A stretch of DNA of 64,000 nucleotides from Omnitrophica WOR_2 bacterium RIFCSPHIGHO2_02_FULL_50_17 (GCA_001805645.1 MHGQ01000049.1:66216-130215), one strand, 5' to 3'; counted from the first letter of the stretch, positions 45,925 through 55,911 are shown. Notes: generated from the letters alone by a model not told the origin. Numbers and translations: made by a program.

Positions 45925-46022
45925 CACTCGGGGGGTGGATATTTCTTGTCATTTCGTGGGGATTTATTATAGGGATGACTGTTTTCTGCTTCATCCGCGT
46001 TTTTTCTAAAAAAACAGTTTAG
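45921..46022 (+). CDS. Small hydrophobic ORF (33 aa) overlapping the NSS stop codon; candidate MetS-like NSS small subunit
   Basis: ATGA overlap at 45921-45924. Translation is MTLGGWIFLVISWGFIIGMTVFCFIRVFSKKTV, a single TM with a basic C-terminus. It is below the size cutoff of the ORF track. Confidence 0.45.
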   Translation: MTLGGWIFLVISWGFIIGMTVFCFIRVFSKKTV

Positions 46023-46081
46023 ACTTCCAGCGAAAAAGCAGAATCAAGGGAAAAACAAACAACCGGCAAAGGCGCTCTCTG

Positions 46082-46498
46082 CTAATGGCGTTCTAATTCG
46101 GTCCTGATAATCATCATTATTTCCAAATTATTATTGGAAATAATTACGCTGCGGTTAATCTCAGCGCTTTCATCAACGCTCCCATAGACAAGAGCCAAAT
46201 CCACACCAGCCTCGGCAATCTTGTCGGTGACCCGCTGAAGGGCCCCCGGCTGGTTATCAATAGAAAGCAGGATGACTTCTTCCTCCTGGATATCATACCC
46301 TTTGGCCTCCAGGAGTCTTTTGGCCTCATTATTATCGTCGGTCACAAACATAACGGCAACATTATTCTCGATAGAATAAGCGCACAGGGCAACCAAATTG
46401 ATATTGGCCTGGGAAATCACGCGCGTTATCTTGGCCAGCATGCCGATTTCATTGTCACCGCGCACCATCAATTGTCTAGCGAGCTCTGCCTTGACCAT
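46082..46498 (-). CDS. ACT domain-containing protein (tandem ACT)
   Basis: Two ~65-aa ACT-like repeats (GMLAKITRVIS...; PGALQRVTDKIA...). Confidence 0.65.
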   Translation of the reverse strand: MVKAELARQLMVRGDNEIGMLAKITRVISQANINLVALCAYSIENNVAVMFVTDDNNEAKRLLEAKGYDIQEEEVILLSIDNQPGALQRVTDKIAEAGVDLALVYGSVDESAEINRSVIISNNNLEIMMIIRTELERH

Positions 46499-46731
46499 AT
46501 CTTCTCCCTTTCCTGCTTACATGAAAACCTTTAGGATAATATTCTACAATAAATATAACACCAAATCGAAATGAAATCTAATGCCTTATTTCATAAGTTT
46601 ATTTCATAAGTTCTTGAAGCATTTTCAGAGGTAGGCACTAGAGATCGCGTTTTTTTGAACGTCCCGCCTTGGCGGGACAATTTGTAAAACGCAATACTAA
46701 AAAATTTGCCCCCGCCTCCTTTTTACGCTCC

Positions 46732-47664
46732 TCAATCAAAGCCCTTCTCCACCAAATATTCTTCAATAATCTCTTTATGATCAAAGGCATACTCCAGCTC
46801 CAACAAATCCTCATAACGGACGATTCTTAAATCCCCGGCATCATCGCCGGCTCTCGGCTCTCCCTCCCCCTCCGCAACAAAAACCGTAGAGACGGTATGA
46901 AAACGGGGATCGCGGTCCGGATGAGAATAAGTATGAAACTGCCTTAAGTCAACAAGCTCCAAATTTGTTTCTTCTTTAGCCTCACGGATAGCCGCCTCTT
47001 CCAGGCTCTCCCCGTAATCAACAAATCCGCCGGGCAGGGCCAGCCCATAAGGCGGACTCGAGCGCTCGATGAGGACAATGCCGCCCTGGCATTCAATAAT
47101 AATATCCACCGTCACGTAAGGGCCCGATTGCTCCGCCATATGCCGGACATAACCGCGGATAGTCTTGTCCGATATATCAAAAGTCTCTTCGTCGTATAAA
47201 CAAAAAATAATCTTGCGTAATGTTGCCTGAGGATTCCTGCTCTCCTTCATAATCTCTTGAACCGCGATCTTAGCCGCTCCCTCCATTGGGAGCCCTCCCT
47301 CATCACCGCCTAAGGGCGCAAGGCCTAAAGAATTTAGTTTAAGTTCATTGGCGCACTTAAGGGCGCTGGCGACGGCCTTTCGGACATCCCCCTCGCCGCA
47401 AAAAACGTCATTCCTCCTCGCAGCGGCATGGATAACATATTGAGCCGGCAGACCGCCGGCCTTCGTCCAGACCGCCTCACCCGGCGGGATAGGCCCCTTG
47501 CTGACGGCCTCCTCTTCGATCTCGGCCCCGCCTTCTTTTTTAATAAATTCCGCCACGCCTTTATCCATCCTGAGCGTAGAAGAGGCGGTATACACAATTG
47601 CCTCTACCTTAAGCCGCGTGATGTCAGCTTTGACTACCTCAATCTCGATATCCCTGATTTTCAT
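46732..47664 (-). CDS. Macro domain (ADP-ribose binding / processing) fused to a NUDIX hydrolase
   Basis: N-terminal macro domain (KADITRLKVEAIVYTAS...IHAAAR). C-terminal NUDIX box GGFVDYGESLEEAAIREAKEETN. Confidence 0.75.
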   Translation of the reverse strand: MKIRDIEIEVVKADITRLKVEAIVYTASSTLRMDKGVAEFIKKEGGAEIEEEAVSKGPIPPGEAVWTKAGGLPAQYVIHAAARRNDVFCGEGDVRKAVASALKCANELKLNSLGLAPLGGDEGGLPMEGAAKIAVQEIMKESRNPQATLRKIIFCLYDEETFDISDKTIRGYVRHMAEQSGPYVTVDIIIECQGGIVLIERSSPPYGLALPGGFVDYGESLEEAAIREAKEETNLELVDLRQFHTYSHPDRDPRFHTVSTVFVAEGEGEPRAGDDAGDLRIVRYEDLLELEYAFDHKEIIEEYLVEKGFD

Positions 47665-47686
47665 ATCTCAAACTTTCTATAATATC

Positions 47687-49126
47687 TCACAAGGCCGAAT
47701 TCTTCTGCGCTATATTCTTTGCCAATTCCAGCGCCTCGGCCTTTGCCTGAATGCTTCCCAAGGCTTGTTTCTCCGCCACTTCTTTCAAAATTTTGCCAAA
47801 AAGAGGAGACGGCTTTAGGCGCAGCTTCTTAATCAAATCATGCCCGTTGATAAGGCGCACAAAGGGCTTCTCTTCCTTCTTGTCAAAATACCGACGGATT
47901 AACCCCAGACAAATTTCTTCATGATGCCGCTGGTCTTCCTCTGTCGTCAACGGCCCGCGCGTGGCGCGCTGGTCCGCCAGAGACAAAAGCAAAATACCAA
48001 CGGCCTCTCCTTTGGCATCACGAAAATAACGGTAAATCGCCCTCTCGCTTGGCTTCTTAAAATTCGATAAATACCCTGGCCGCAGATGCCATAAAACCAT
48101 ATCCTCGAGGGCATGCCTTTCCCGTGTCGAGAGTTTCAACATCTTCGCAATGGGACTGACAATATCTCTTCCCACCCGTTCGTGGGCATGAAAGACAAAC
48201 CGTGCTCCTACCTTACGGCGGGGATCGGGGTTTCCAATATCATGCAACAAGGCGGCCAGTTTCAACAAAGCCTGCCGCCGGCGATCCCCGCCGAAAAACT
48301 CTCGACAATAATCCATGACATCCTTATCCCGCCGCAATTCTTTGAAAACTTTCTCAAGTTGAACAACTGTCTCAAGAGAATGCGGCCAGACATCCAAATG
48401 ATGGTATGTCCCCTGCCGGCAGCGATACATAACCTTGATCTGAGGGATAACCTTCTCCAGCAAACCGGCTTTATCCATAGCCTTGAAAGTATCCGCCGCC
48501 CGCTCTGTGGCTAAAATCTTGAACAATTCATCGCGAATCCTCTCATAAGAGACGCCCGGCAAAAGATCCTTATCCTTCTTAATCTGAGCAAGGGTCCTGC
48601 GTTCAATCTTAAAGCCCAGCGCCGCCCTGAGGGTAAAGGCGCGCATCATCCGTAAAGGATCCTCCCGAAAAACCTTTACCGACACCTGCCGGATACATTT
48701 TCCCTTTATATCTTTCAAGGCGCCTTTACGATCGATTAAGGCCTGCGGAATCTCCGTCACTGGATAAATACGCGACAAATCGACGGCCAGCGTATTGATG
48801 GTGAAATCCCGGTGGGCGAGGTCTCCGGGGAACGTCGGGGCGCGAAAATCCGCAAAGTCGAATGTCATCACCTGCCCTTTATGTTTCTTAACGACACGGC
48901 CGCAGCCCCTTTCTGAATCCAGAAGCACAAAGGCGCCCTTGATGTGGCGGGCCAAAAGACGCGCCAGCCTCAAGGCATCCTTCTCCACGGCAAAATCAAA
49001 ATCCAATTTAGGGTTCCCCAAAAAATAATCCCGCAGAAAACCGCCAACCAAATAGAGGGGAGTTTTCTTATGTTTTGCTATCTGCTGGATAATTTTTATG
49101 TAGGGGTAATCCTTCAGGAAGGGCAT
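47687..49126 (-). CDS. cca: CCA tRNA nucleotidyltransferase / poly(A) polymerase family protein with HD domain
   Basis: LYLVGGFLRD...DFDFAV nucleotidyltransferase head and an HD motif (LLHDIGN). Confidence 0.8.
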   Translation of the reverse strand: MPFLKDYPYIKIIQQIAKHKKTPLYLVGGFLRDYFLGNPKLDFDFAVEKDALRLARLLARHIKGAFVLLDSERGCGRVVKKHKGQVMTFDFADFRAPTFPGDLAHRDFTINTLAVDLSRIYPVTEIPQALIDRKGALKDIKGKCIRQVSVKVFREDPLRMMRAFTLRAALGFKIERRTLAQIKKDKDLLPGVSYERIRDELFKILATERAADTFKAMDKAGLLEKVIPQIKVMYRCRQGTYHHLDVWPHSLETVVQLEKVFKELRRDKDVMDYCREFFGGDRRRQALLKLAALLHDIGNPDPRRKVGARFVFHAHERVGRDIVSPIAKMLKLSTRERHALEDMVLWHLRPGYLSNFKKPSERAIYRYFRDAKGEAVGILLLSLADQRATRGPLTTEEDQRHHEEICLGLIRRYFDKKEEKPFVRLINGHDLIKKLRLKPSPLFGKILKEVAEKQALGSIQAKAEALELAKNIAQKNSAL

Positions 49127-49146
49127 AACAAGAAACCGTGAACCAT

Positions 49147-49554
49147 TTATTCTATTTTCGTAATCGCCGCTTTTTTCAAGACATCTTCTTCCACGAAGAT
49201 TGCGGCACTTGTGCGCACCGCCAGGGCAATACCGTCGGAAGGCCGGGCGTCAATGATCCTGATTTCGCCCCCCTTTGTCTTAAACTCTAATTTGGCATGA
49301 AAGGTATTGTTGACCATCTTATCAATAATAAGACGCTCCAGTTTGGCATCCAGCCCCTCAAAGGTGGAAACCAAAAGATCGTGGGTCATCGGCCGGGGCG
49401 GCTCGACCCCGGCAAGCTTCATCTTGATGCTGGAGGCCTCTAGGAAGCCAATCACAATGGGAAGCTGGCGGTCACCGTTTTTCTCCTTCAGGACGATAAT
49501 CTGATCCTGCCTTTTCTCGTCAATAATAATTTTGCTTAACTCGACTTGCACCAT
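49147..49554 (-). CDS. Bifunctional nuclease family protein (BFN / DUF151)
   Basis: LPIVIGFLEA...THDLL...IIDARPSDGIALAVR are BFN motifs. Confidence 0.7.
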   Translation of the reverse strand: MVQVELSKIIIDEKRQDQIIVLKEKNGDRQLPIVIGFLEASSIKMKLAGVEPPRPMTHDLLVSTFEGLDAKLERLIIDKMVNNTFHAKLEFKTKGGEIRIIDARPSDGIALAVRTSAAIFVEEDVLKKAAITKIE

Positions 49555-49563
49555 TCTCTTTCC

Positions 49564-50034
49564 TCACAATCCGCTGTTTTTTTCTTTATTCAGCATCAAT
49601 TGCAATTCACTCATAAATTGATTTACGTCGCGAAACTGACGGTAAACCGAGGCAAAACGGACATACGCCACCTCATCTAAGCCGGCCAGTTTTTCCATCA
49701 CTAATTCCCCAATCTCCCGGGAGCCGACCTCACGGTCATATTTGCGCTGAATCGCGCGTTCGATTGCATTGGTAATCTCCTCCAGCTTATCAATGCCAAC
49801 AGGCCGCTTCTCGCAGGCCTTCATCAAGCCGGAAATAATTTTTTTGCGGTCAAACGACTGGCGGCGGCCGTCGCGTTTAACAACCATCAGCGCAACATGT
49901 TCGACGTATTCATAGGTCGTAAAACGCTTCCCACATTCCAGGCATTCCCGGCGCCGGCGGATAGATGTCCCGTCGCCATTAAGCCGCGAATCAACAACCT
50001 TTGTCTCCTGATAATGACAGAAAGGACATTTCAT
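49564..50034 (-). CDS. nrdR: Transcriptional repressor NrdR
   Basis: MKCPFCHYQETKVVDSR...CLECGKRFTTYE zinc ribbon and an ATP-cone. The start is trimmed to MKCPFC; the track ORF extends 28 codons upstream. Confidence 0.9.
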   Translation of the reverse strand: MKCPFCHYQETKVVDSRLNGDGTSIRRRRECLECGKRFTTYEYVEHVALMVVKRDGRRQSFDRKKIISGLMKACEKRPVGIDKLEEITNAIERAIQRKYDREVGSREIGELVMEKLAGLDEVAYVRFASVYRQFRDVNQFMSELQLMLNKEKNSGL

Positions 50035-50164
50035 TTTAAACGTTTTACGATTGCGGTTACGTAGCGCGAATCGCCGGCCGTCTTTTGGGTAACGTATAAA
50101 TTTAACGCGGCCAATCAACGCTCAACAATTCCAGCTGCGCAGCCTATGAACGGTCAACTATTGA

Positions 50165-51442
50165 TCAATTGCATAAATCTTTATATATCGGAAACTCCTG
50201 CGTCAGCCGCTCCACCGCTTCTCTGACCCTGCTTAATTCCTGCGTATTGTCTTTATGGGTCATGGCCTGGTCCATTAAATCGGCAATTTTTTCCATCTCT
50301 TTTTCCTTCATCCCGCGGGTTGTAATAACCGGCGTCCCTATGCGGATCCCGCTTGTCACAACCGGAGGCTGAGGATCGAAGGGAATAAGATTTTTATTCA
50401 CGGTAATCCTGACTTTATCTAAGACCTCCGCCGCCTCTTTGCCTGTAATATTCTTAGAACGCAGGTCAACCATAAAAAGGTGGTTATCTGTCCCGCCGGC
50501 GACAATCCTGTAGCCTAAAGCGGCCATTTCTGCGGCAAACGCCCTGGAATTTTTTACAATCTGGCGCTGATAGTCTTTGAATTCGTCCGCAAGCGCCTCT
50601 TGAAAGGCCACGGCCTTGGCGGCAATAACATGCATCAGCGGCCCTCCCTGGGTTCCGGGAAAAACAGCCGAATTGATTTTCTTGGCAAACTCCTGACGGC
50701 AGAGAATCATGCCTCCTCTGGGGCCGCGCAGGGTCTTATGCGTCGTCGTTGTCACAAACTCGGCGTAAGGAACAGGATTGGGATGAAAACCGGCCGCCAC
50801 CAACCCTGCAATATGGGCCATGTCCACAAACAAATAGGCCCCTACCTTGTCGCATATCTCCCGAAATTTTTTAAAATCAATCGTCCGGGAATAGGCCGAG
50901 GCGCCGGCCACAATCATCTTAGGCTTATGCTGTTGAGCCAAGGCCTCAATCTCATCAAAATCCAGCATCTCGGTTTTCTTATTCACCTTATAGGAAACAA
51001 AATGATAAGAACGCCCAGAGAAATTAATTTTCAATCCGTGGCTTAAGTGTCCGCCGCAAGCCAAATCCATCGCCAAGACCGTATCGCCATACTCAAGGGC
51101 GGCCAGATAGACCGCCATATTCGCCTGAGAGCCGGAATGCGGCTGGACATTCACGTGTTCGGCGCCAAACAGCTTTCTGGCACGCTCAATGGCCAGCTGT
51201 TCTGCCATATCTACAAATTCACAGCCGCCGTACCAGCGCGCGGAGGGATACCCTTCGGCGTATTTATTGGTCATAAGGCATCCTTGCGCCTCCAAAACGG
51301 CCTCGGAAACCATATTCTCGGAGGCAATCAATTCAAGATTGTCCCTCTGCCGATTAAGTTCATGAATGATCGCCTGATAAATCTCTGGATCCGTCTCCTT
51401 CAAATGCTGCATGGCCATCCTCTTTCCCATGGTTGGATTCAT
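50165..51442 (-). CDS. glyA: Serine hydroxymethyltransferase
   Basis: [25 protein letters not shown] and the [13 protein letters not shown]-Lys motif. Confidence 0.95.
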   Translation of the reverse strand: MNPTMGKRMAMQHLKETDPEIYQAIIHELNRQRDNLELIASENMVSEAVLEAQGCLMTNKYAEGYPSARWYGGCEFVDMAEQLAIERARKLFGAEHVNVQPHSGSQANMAVYLAALEYGDTVLAMDLACGGHLSHGLKINFSGRSYHFVSYKVNKKTEMLDFDEIEALAQQHKPKMIVAGASAYSRTIDFKKFREICDKVGAYLFVDMAHIAGLVAAGFHPNPVPYAEFVTTTTHKTLRGPRGGMILCRQEFAKKINSAVFPGTQGGPLMHVIAAKAVAFQEALADEFKDYQRQIVKNSRAFAAEMAALGYRIVAGGTDNHLFMVDLRSKNITGKEAAEVLDKVRITVNKNLIPFDPQPPVVTSGIRIGTPVITTRGMKEKEMEKIADLMDQAMTHKDNTQELSRVREAVERLTQEFPIYKDLCN

Positions 51443-51455
51443 TTTGAATCGTCTT

Positions 51456-51487
51456 TCGTACTTCGTACATCGATGTACGAAGTACGA
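51456..51487. promoter_or_regulatory. 32-bp perfect palindrome (candidate operator) between rpiB and glyA
   Basis: tcgtacttcgtacatc|gatgtacgaagtacga has 16-nt arms that are exact reverse complements. It sits 14 nt upstream of the glyA start. Confidence 0.5.
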
Positions 51488-51497
51488 TGTACAAATT

Positions 51498-51971
51498 TTA
51501 CTTTAAATTTCTTTTTTCAATCCTCCGAATCTGCTCAAACCGCCGCCGGTGGCGTCCACCTTCGAATTCGGCAGAGAACCACGCCTCCAGAATTTTTGGT
51601 ACGTCCTTTTCCTTGACGAATTTGGCGCTCAAAACAAGGATATTCGCGTTGTTGTGCCGGCGCGACAACGCCGCAGCTTCGGGATTATAACACAACGCCG
51701 CATAAGCGCCACGCACTTTATTCGCCGCAATAGCCTGTCCGATGCCTGACATACACACCAGGACCCCACGGCCGTTCTTGGTCTTGGCCACTACCTGAGC
51801 AACCTTGTAGGCCACATGCGGATAATCGCAAGCTTGGGTCTCCTCAAACGTGCCCATATCTTCGACGGCATATCCCCGTCGGCCCAGCAGCTTAACAATT
51901 TTACTTTTGAGCGAAAATCCTCTATGATCCGCTCCGACATAAATCTTTAACATTGTATCTCTTTCCCCCAT
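51498..51971 (-). CDS. rpiB: Ribose-5-phosphate isomerase B (RpiB/LacA/LacB family)
   Basis: [13 protein letters not shown]...[16 protein letters not shown]. Confidence 0.85.
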   Translation of the reverse strand: MGERDTMLKIYVGADHRGFSLKSKIVKLLGRRGYAVEDMGTFEETQACDYPHVAYKVAQVVAKTKNGRGVLVCMSGIGQAIAANKVRGAYAALCYNPEAAALSRRHNNANILVLSAKFVKEKDVPKILEAWFSAEFEGGRHRRRFEQIRRIEKRNLK

Positions 51972-51974
51972 TGT

Positions 51975-53039
51975 TTAAACAAGCTCAACAATCTTATGCA
52001 TCGCCTCTTTAACAATGGCGTAACATTCCTTATACGCATAATGCGGCTGGCCGATCGGATCCGGCACGTCCAAATCTATCTGAGAGCCGGCCGGCGCATT
52101 GACGAATTCCCTCAAAAGATACACCCTTTTTTCAACCTCCGGCACGCGCTCTAAGACCTGCTGGCGGTGATTACGCGTCATCACGATAATGAGATCGGAT
52201 TTCTTAAGAAGAATCGTATGGATGGCCTGGGACAAATGCTGAGAGGCGTCAATCCCCTCCTCCTTGAGAATAGAGATAGTCTCGGCGCTGGCTGTCGTCT
52301 GGAGAAAAACCCCTGTCCCGGCAGAAAGCACCTCAATATTATCCCTGCCCCCTGCCATGCTCTTTAAAAGATACTCAGCCATCACCGAGCGGCAGCTATT
52401 ACCCGTGCACACGAAAAGTATCGTTTTTCTTTTTACCACCCGATCAATGTCTTCTTGCTTGACAACTCCTTCTCTTAAGATCGTCGGATTCCCCTTGGAA
52501 AAGTCAACGACGGAAGAGCTGATGCCGATCTTGGCCGTCCCGCCGTCAATGGCCGCCTCCACCAATCCATCCAGATCCCTTAAGGCCTCCTGACACGTCG
52601 TAGGCGGGTCATTGCCCTCGAAATTGGCCGACGGGGCGGCAATAGTGCACTGGGATTCCTGCACCAATTTAAGAGCGATAGGATGATCCGGCATGCGCAC
52701 GCCGATTGTCTTATCCGGTTCTTTGGCCGGCACAACAACCGTCAAAGGCCCCGGCCAGTACGCGTCAATCAACTTGTAGAGGGCCGGATCCGTCATCAAG
52801 GTATAATTCGATATCAACCCCGCTTGGGAAATGAGGATGGAAAAGGGCTTTTCCTCGGCCCGCCTCTTGACCTCCCGCAGGCGTTTCATGGCCCTTTCGC
52901 TGGAAAGATCCGCGGCAATGCCGTAGACCGTTTCCGTAGGGAAGACGACCAATCCGCCCTTGCGAATGATGCCCGCGCAATAAGCTATTTTCTTATAATC
53001 GGGAAACTGGGGATGGACTTCGATGACTTCTGTTTTCAA
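51975..53039 (-). CDS. Fusion of L-threonylcarbamoyladenylate synthase (Sua5/YrdC/TsaC) with a low-molecular-weight protein phosphatase (LMW-PTP / ArsC-like)
   Basis: N-terminal YrdC-like domain (VVFPTETVYGIAAD). C-terminal LMW-PTP P-loop ILFVCTGNSCRSVMAE and a DP motif. Confidence 0.8.
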   Translation of the reverse strand: MKTEVIEVHPQFPDYKKIAYCAGIIRKGGLVVFPTETVYGIAADLSSERAMKRLREVKRRAEEKPFSILISQAGLISNYTLMTDPALYKLIDAYWPGPLTVVVPAKEPDKTIGVRMPDHPIALKLVQESQCTIAAPSANFEGNDPPTTCQEALRDLDGLVEAAIDGGTAKIGISSSVVDFSKGNPTILREGVVKQEDIDRVVKRKTILFVCTGNSCRSVMAEYLLKSMAGGRDNIEVLSAGTGVFLQTTASAETISILKEEGIDASQHLSQAIHTILLKKSDLIIVMTRNHRQQVLERVPEVEKRVYLLREFVNAPAGSQIDLDVPDPIGQPHYAYKECYAIVKEAMHKIVELV

Positions 53040-53521
53040 TTAAGGTCAATTTCCAGTATTTTTCTTCTCTGTTCCTCTTTAAATCCTTCCAGCTTCTTCT
53101 CAATCGTCTTATCTTGCGTGGCAAGAATCCTTAAGACAAACAAGGCGGCATTCTTGGCCCCAGCCTTGCCGATGGCCATAGCGGCCACCGGCACCCCCGG
53201 CGGCATCTGCACCGTGGAGAGAAGCGCATCCAGGCCGCTTAAAGGAGCGGCATCAATGGGGACGCCAATGACGGGCAAATCCGTATGAGCGGCAACCACC
53301 CCGGCCAGGGCCGCCGAGACTCCTGCCCCGCAGATCACCGCTTTGGCACCCCTCGATTTTAACTGTTCGGCATAAGCGGCCGTTTCTTTGGGAGTGCGGT
53401 GAGCCGATAAAACCTTCATCTCGAAGGAAACCCCGAACTCCTTGAAAACACCTGCCGCCTCCTCCATCACGGAAAGGTCTGATTTGCTTCCCATCATAAC
53501 AGCCACTTGAATATCGCGCAT
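53036..53521 (-). CDS. purE: N5-carboxyaminoimidazole ribonucleotide mutase
   Basis: VAVMMGSKSDL...AHRTP...GAGVSAALAGVVAAHT. Confidence 0.9.
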   Translation of the reverse strand: MRDIQVAVMMGSKSDLSVMEEAAGVFKEFGVSFEMKVLSAHRTPKETAAYAEQLKSRGAKAVICGAGVSAALAGVVAAHTDLPVIGVPIDAAPLSGLDALLSTVQMPPGVPVAAMAIGKAGAKNAALFVLRILATQDKTIEKKLEGFKEEQRRKILEIDLN

Positions 53522-53559
53522 ATCAAATTCCTCATTAAAGAAAGTTTAAGGACATTCTT

Positions 53560-54864
53560 TCACCTTCTGGCGGCATGAGAGACAGGATGGATGTGCTTCA
53601 AGGCCTTCGCCCCTATATCCCGCCGAAAAAAACACCTGTCAAATTTAATTGTTTCCACGGCATGATAGGCCCGTTCCATAGCCTTTTCAATATTGTCCCC
53701 TAAACTGGTGACGCCCAGCACACGCCCGCCGGCGGTCATGATCTTATCACCCGTCTTTTTTGTACCGGCATGAAAAATCATTGTATTCTTATCATGGATT
53801 TTATTCAAACCGGTAATCTCTTTGCCCGTTTCATGTTTCCCCGGATAGCCTCCTGAGCTCATCACCACACACACACAGCTGCGTTTATCCCATTCCATCT
53901 TGACTTTATCCAGGCGGCCCTCGCAGCTGGCCAGCATCACCTCCACCAAGTCGTTTCTCATCCTGGGCAAAATAGCCTGGGATTCGGGGTCCCCCAACCG
54001 CACGTTAAATTCCAGCACAAACGGCCCCTCATCGGTAATCATCAAACCGGCATACAAGACCCCCTTGAAAGGAATCCCCTCCTTATACATCCCGCGGATG
54101 GCCGGATCAATAATCTGTATCCCTATCTTTCTGAAAAGCTCTTCGGTAATAACCGGCGCCGGTGAATACGCCCCCATGCCGCCGGTATTAGGGCCCAAGT
54201 CATCGTCAAAAATTCTTTTATGATCCTGCGAAGAATCCAGGATAATATAATTCTTCCCGTCGCAAATAGCCAGGATGGAGGCCTCCTCGCCGACAAGGCA
54301 TTCTTCAATCACCACCCGTGCGCCGGCTTCTTTAAAAATCTTTTGATCCATGATCTGCTTAACGGCCTCTTTGGCCTCCTTAAGGTCATTGCAGATCATC
54401 ACACCCTTACCGGCGGCCAATCCGTCGGCCTTGACCACAACCGGAAACGGCGCTATGGCCAGAAAATCGCGGGCATCTTCCGCACGGTCGAAAATCTTAA
54501 AAGAGGCCGTGGGGATATTGTACGTCTGCATAAACTCTTTGGCAAAAACTTTGCTGGCCTCCAGCTGAGCCGCCTGCCTCTTGGGGCCAAAAATTTTAAG
54601 GCCTTCTTCTTCAAAGGCATCCACCATACCGGCAACCAAAGGACCCTCGGGCCCGACGACCGTAAGACCGATATGCTTATCCTTGGCAAAACGGACAAGT
54701 CCCTCGATATCATCCGCCTGGATATCCACGCACTGCGCCACCTCGGCAATGCCGTCGTTTCCCGGCGCGCAATACAACTCTTTAACCAAAGGACTTTGCC
54801 GGATCTTCCATGCCAAAACATGTTCCCGCCCGCCGGAACCAACAATCAACACTTTCATAATCAA
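53560..54864 (-). CDS. purD: Phosphoribosylamine-glycine ligase
   Basis: MKVLIVGSGGREHVLAWK and an ATP-grasp domain. Confidence 0.9.
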   Translation of the reverse strand: MIMKVLIVGSGGREHVLAWKIRQSPLVKELYCAPGNDGIAEVAQCVDIQADDIEGLVRFAKDKHIGLTVVGPEGPLVAGMVDAFEEEGLKIFGPKRQAAQLEASKVFAKEFMQTYNIPTASFKIFDRAEDARDFLAIAPFPVVVKADGLAAGKGVMICNDLKEAKEAVKQIMDQKIFKEAGARVVIEECLVGEEASILAICDGKNYIILDSSQDHKRIFDDDLGPNTGGMGAYSPAPVITEELFRKIGIQIIDPAIRGMYKEGIPFKGVLYAGLMITDEGPFVLEFNVRLGDPESQAILPRMRNDLVEVMLASCEGRLDKVKMEWDKRSCVCVVMSSGGYPGKHETGKEITGLNKIHDKNTMIFHAGTKKTGDKIMTAGGRVLGVTSLGDNIEKAMERAYHAVETIKFDRCFFRRDIGAKALKHIHPVSHAARR

Positions 54865-55895
54865 CTCTCCTTGCCACGGCCTCTTTCAAGAGGCTGAAAA
54901 ATAATCTTCCGCTCGGCATCATGGACTATGTCGCCGATAAGATAATGTCTTATCTTCTTCCCCTGGAGATAAATTTGCGCCGCCCTCACATCATGAGGAC
55001 CAAAGACCATGGCCAGCCCAATCCCCATATTAAAAGCGCGGTACATTTCTCGAGCACTTATTCTACCTTTTTTCTGCAGAATTTGAAATATTTTATGCAC
55101 CGGCCAGCTTCCCTTATGTACAACACAACATTTCCCATCCGGCAGGATCCTCGTTAATTTATCATAAAATGCCCCGCCCGTGATATGCGCGATGCCTTTG
55201 ACTCGAAATCCCTTTGTCAGCGACAAAACTTCTTCGGCATAAATCCGCGTTGGAGTTAACAGCTCTTGGGCAAGTCTTTTCTGTTCGCCTAACGAGAGCA
55301 CCTTTCTCACCAGAGAAAAACCGTTGGAATGCAGACCGCTGGAAGGCAGCCCTATAATTTTATCCCCTGCCCTGATGGCCGATCCGTCAATAATTTTGTC
55401 CTTCTCAACGACACCGACGGCAAAACCGGCCAAGTCATATTCGCCCGGCTTATACATCCCAGGCATCTCAGCCGTCTCTCCGCCGATGAGACTGCATCCG
55501 GACAACCGGCATCCTTGAGCGATACCCTTGACAACCGCCCCTAAAACCTTTGCCTCCAATTTGCCGCAGGCAATATAATCTAAAAAAAAGAGTGGTTTTG
55601 CCCCCGTGCAAAGGATATCGTTGACATTCATGGCCACCAAATCAATGCCGACGGTGTCATGCCTGCCGACATGCTGGGCAATCAATAATTTCGTTCCCAC
55701 CCCGTCGGTTGAAGAAACCAAAACAGGCTCTTTATATTTCCCTTTAGCTAAGGCAAAGAGGGCGCCAAAGGAACCTTTCCGCGAAAGAACCGAAGGGGTA
55801 AAGGTGCCTGTGACATCTCCTCCGATGCCCTTCACAAAACGATTGGCCTTGTCAACATCAACTCCACTTGACTTATAAGTGATTCCCGGGTTCAT
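54861..55895 (-). CDS. purM: Phosphoribosylformylglycinamidine cyclo-ligase (AIR synthase)
   Basis: YKSSGVDVD...VSSTDGVGTK...DLVAMNVND. Confidence 0.9.
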   Translation of the reverse strand: MNPGITYKSSGVDVDKANRFVKGIGGDVTGTFTPSVLSRKGSFGALFALAKGKYKEPVLVSSTDGVGTKLLIAQHVGRHDTVGIDLVAMNVNDILCTGAKPLFFLDYIACGKLEAKVLGAVVKGIAQGCRLSGCSLIGGETAEMPGMYKPGEYDLAGFAVGVVEKDKIIDGSAIRAGDKIIGLPSSGLHSNGFSLVRKVLSLGEQKRLAQELLTPTRIYAEEVLSLTKGFRVKGIAHITGGAFYDKLTRILPDGKCCVVHKGSWPVHKIFQILQKKGRISAREMYRAFNMGIGLAMVFGPHDVRAAQIYLQGKKIRHYLIGDIVHDAERKIIFQPLERGRGKES

Positions 55896-55911
55896 TGCCT
55901 TAAGGATACGA

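Noticed and set aside
46640-46664. Hairpin gtcccgccttggcgggac as terminator of the macro-NUDIX gene
   Set aside because: The T-run lies on the wrong side for a minus-strand transcript. It is kept only as a possible weak or bidirectional structure and not listed as a feature.
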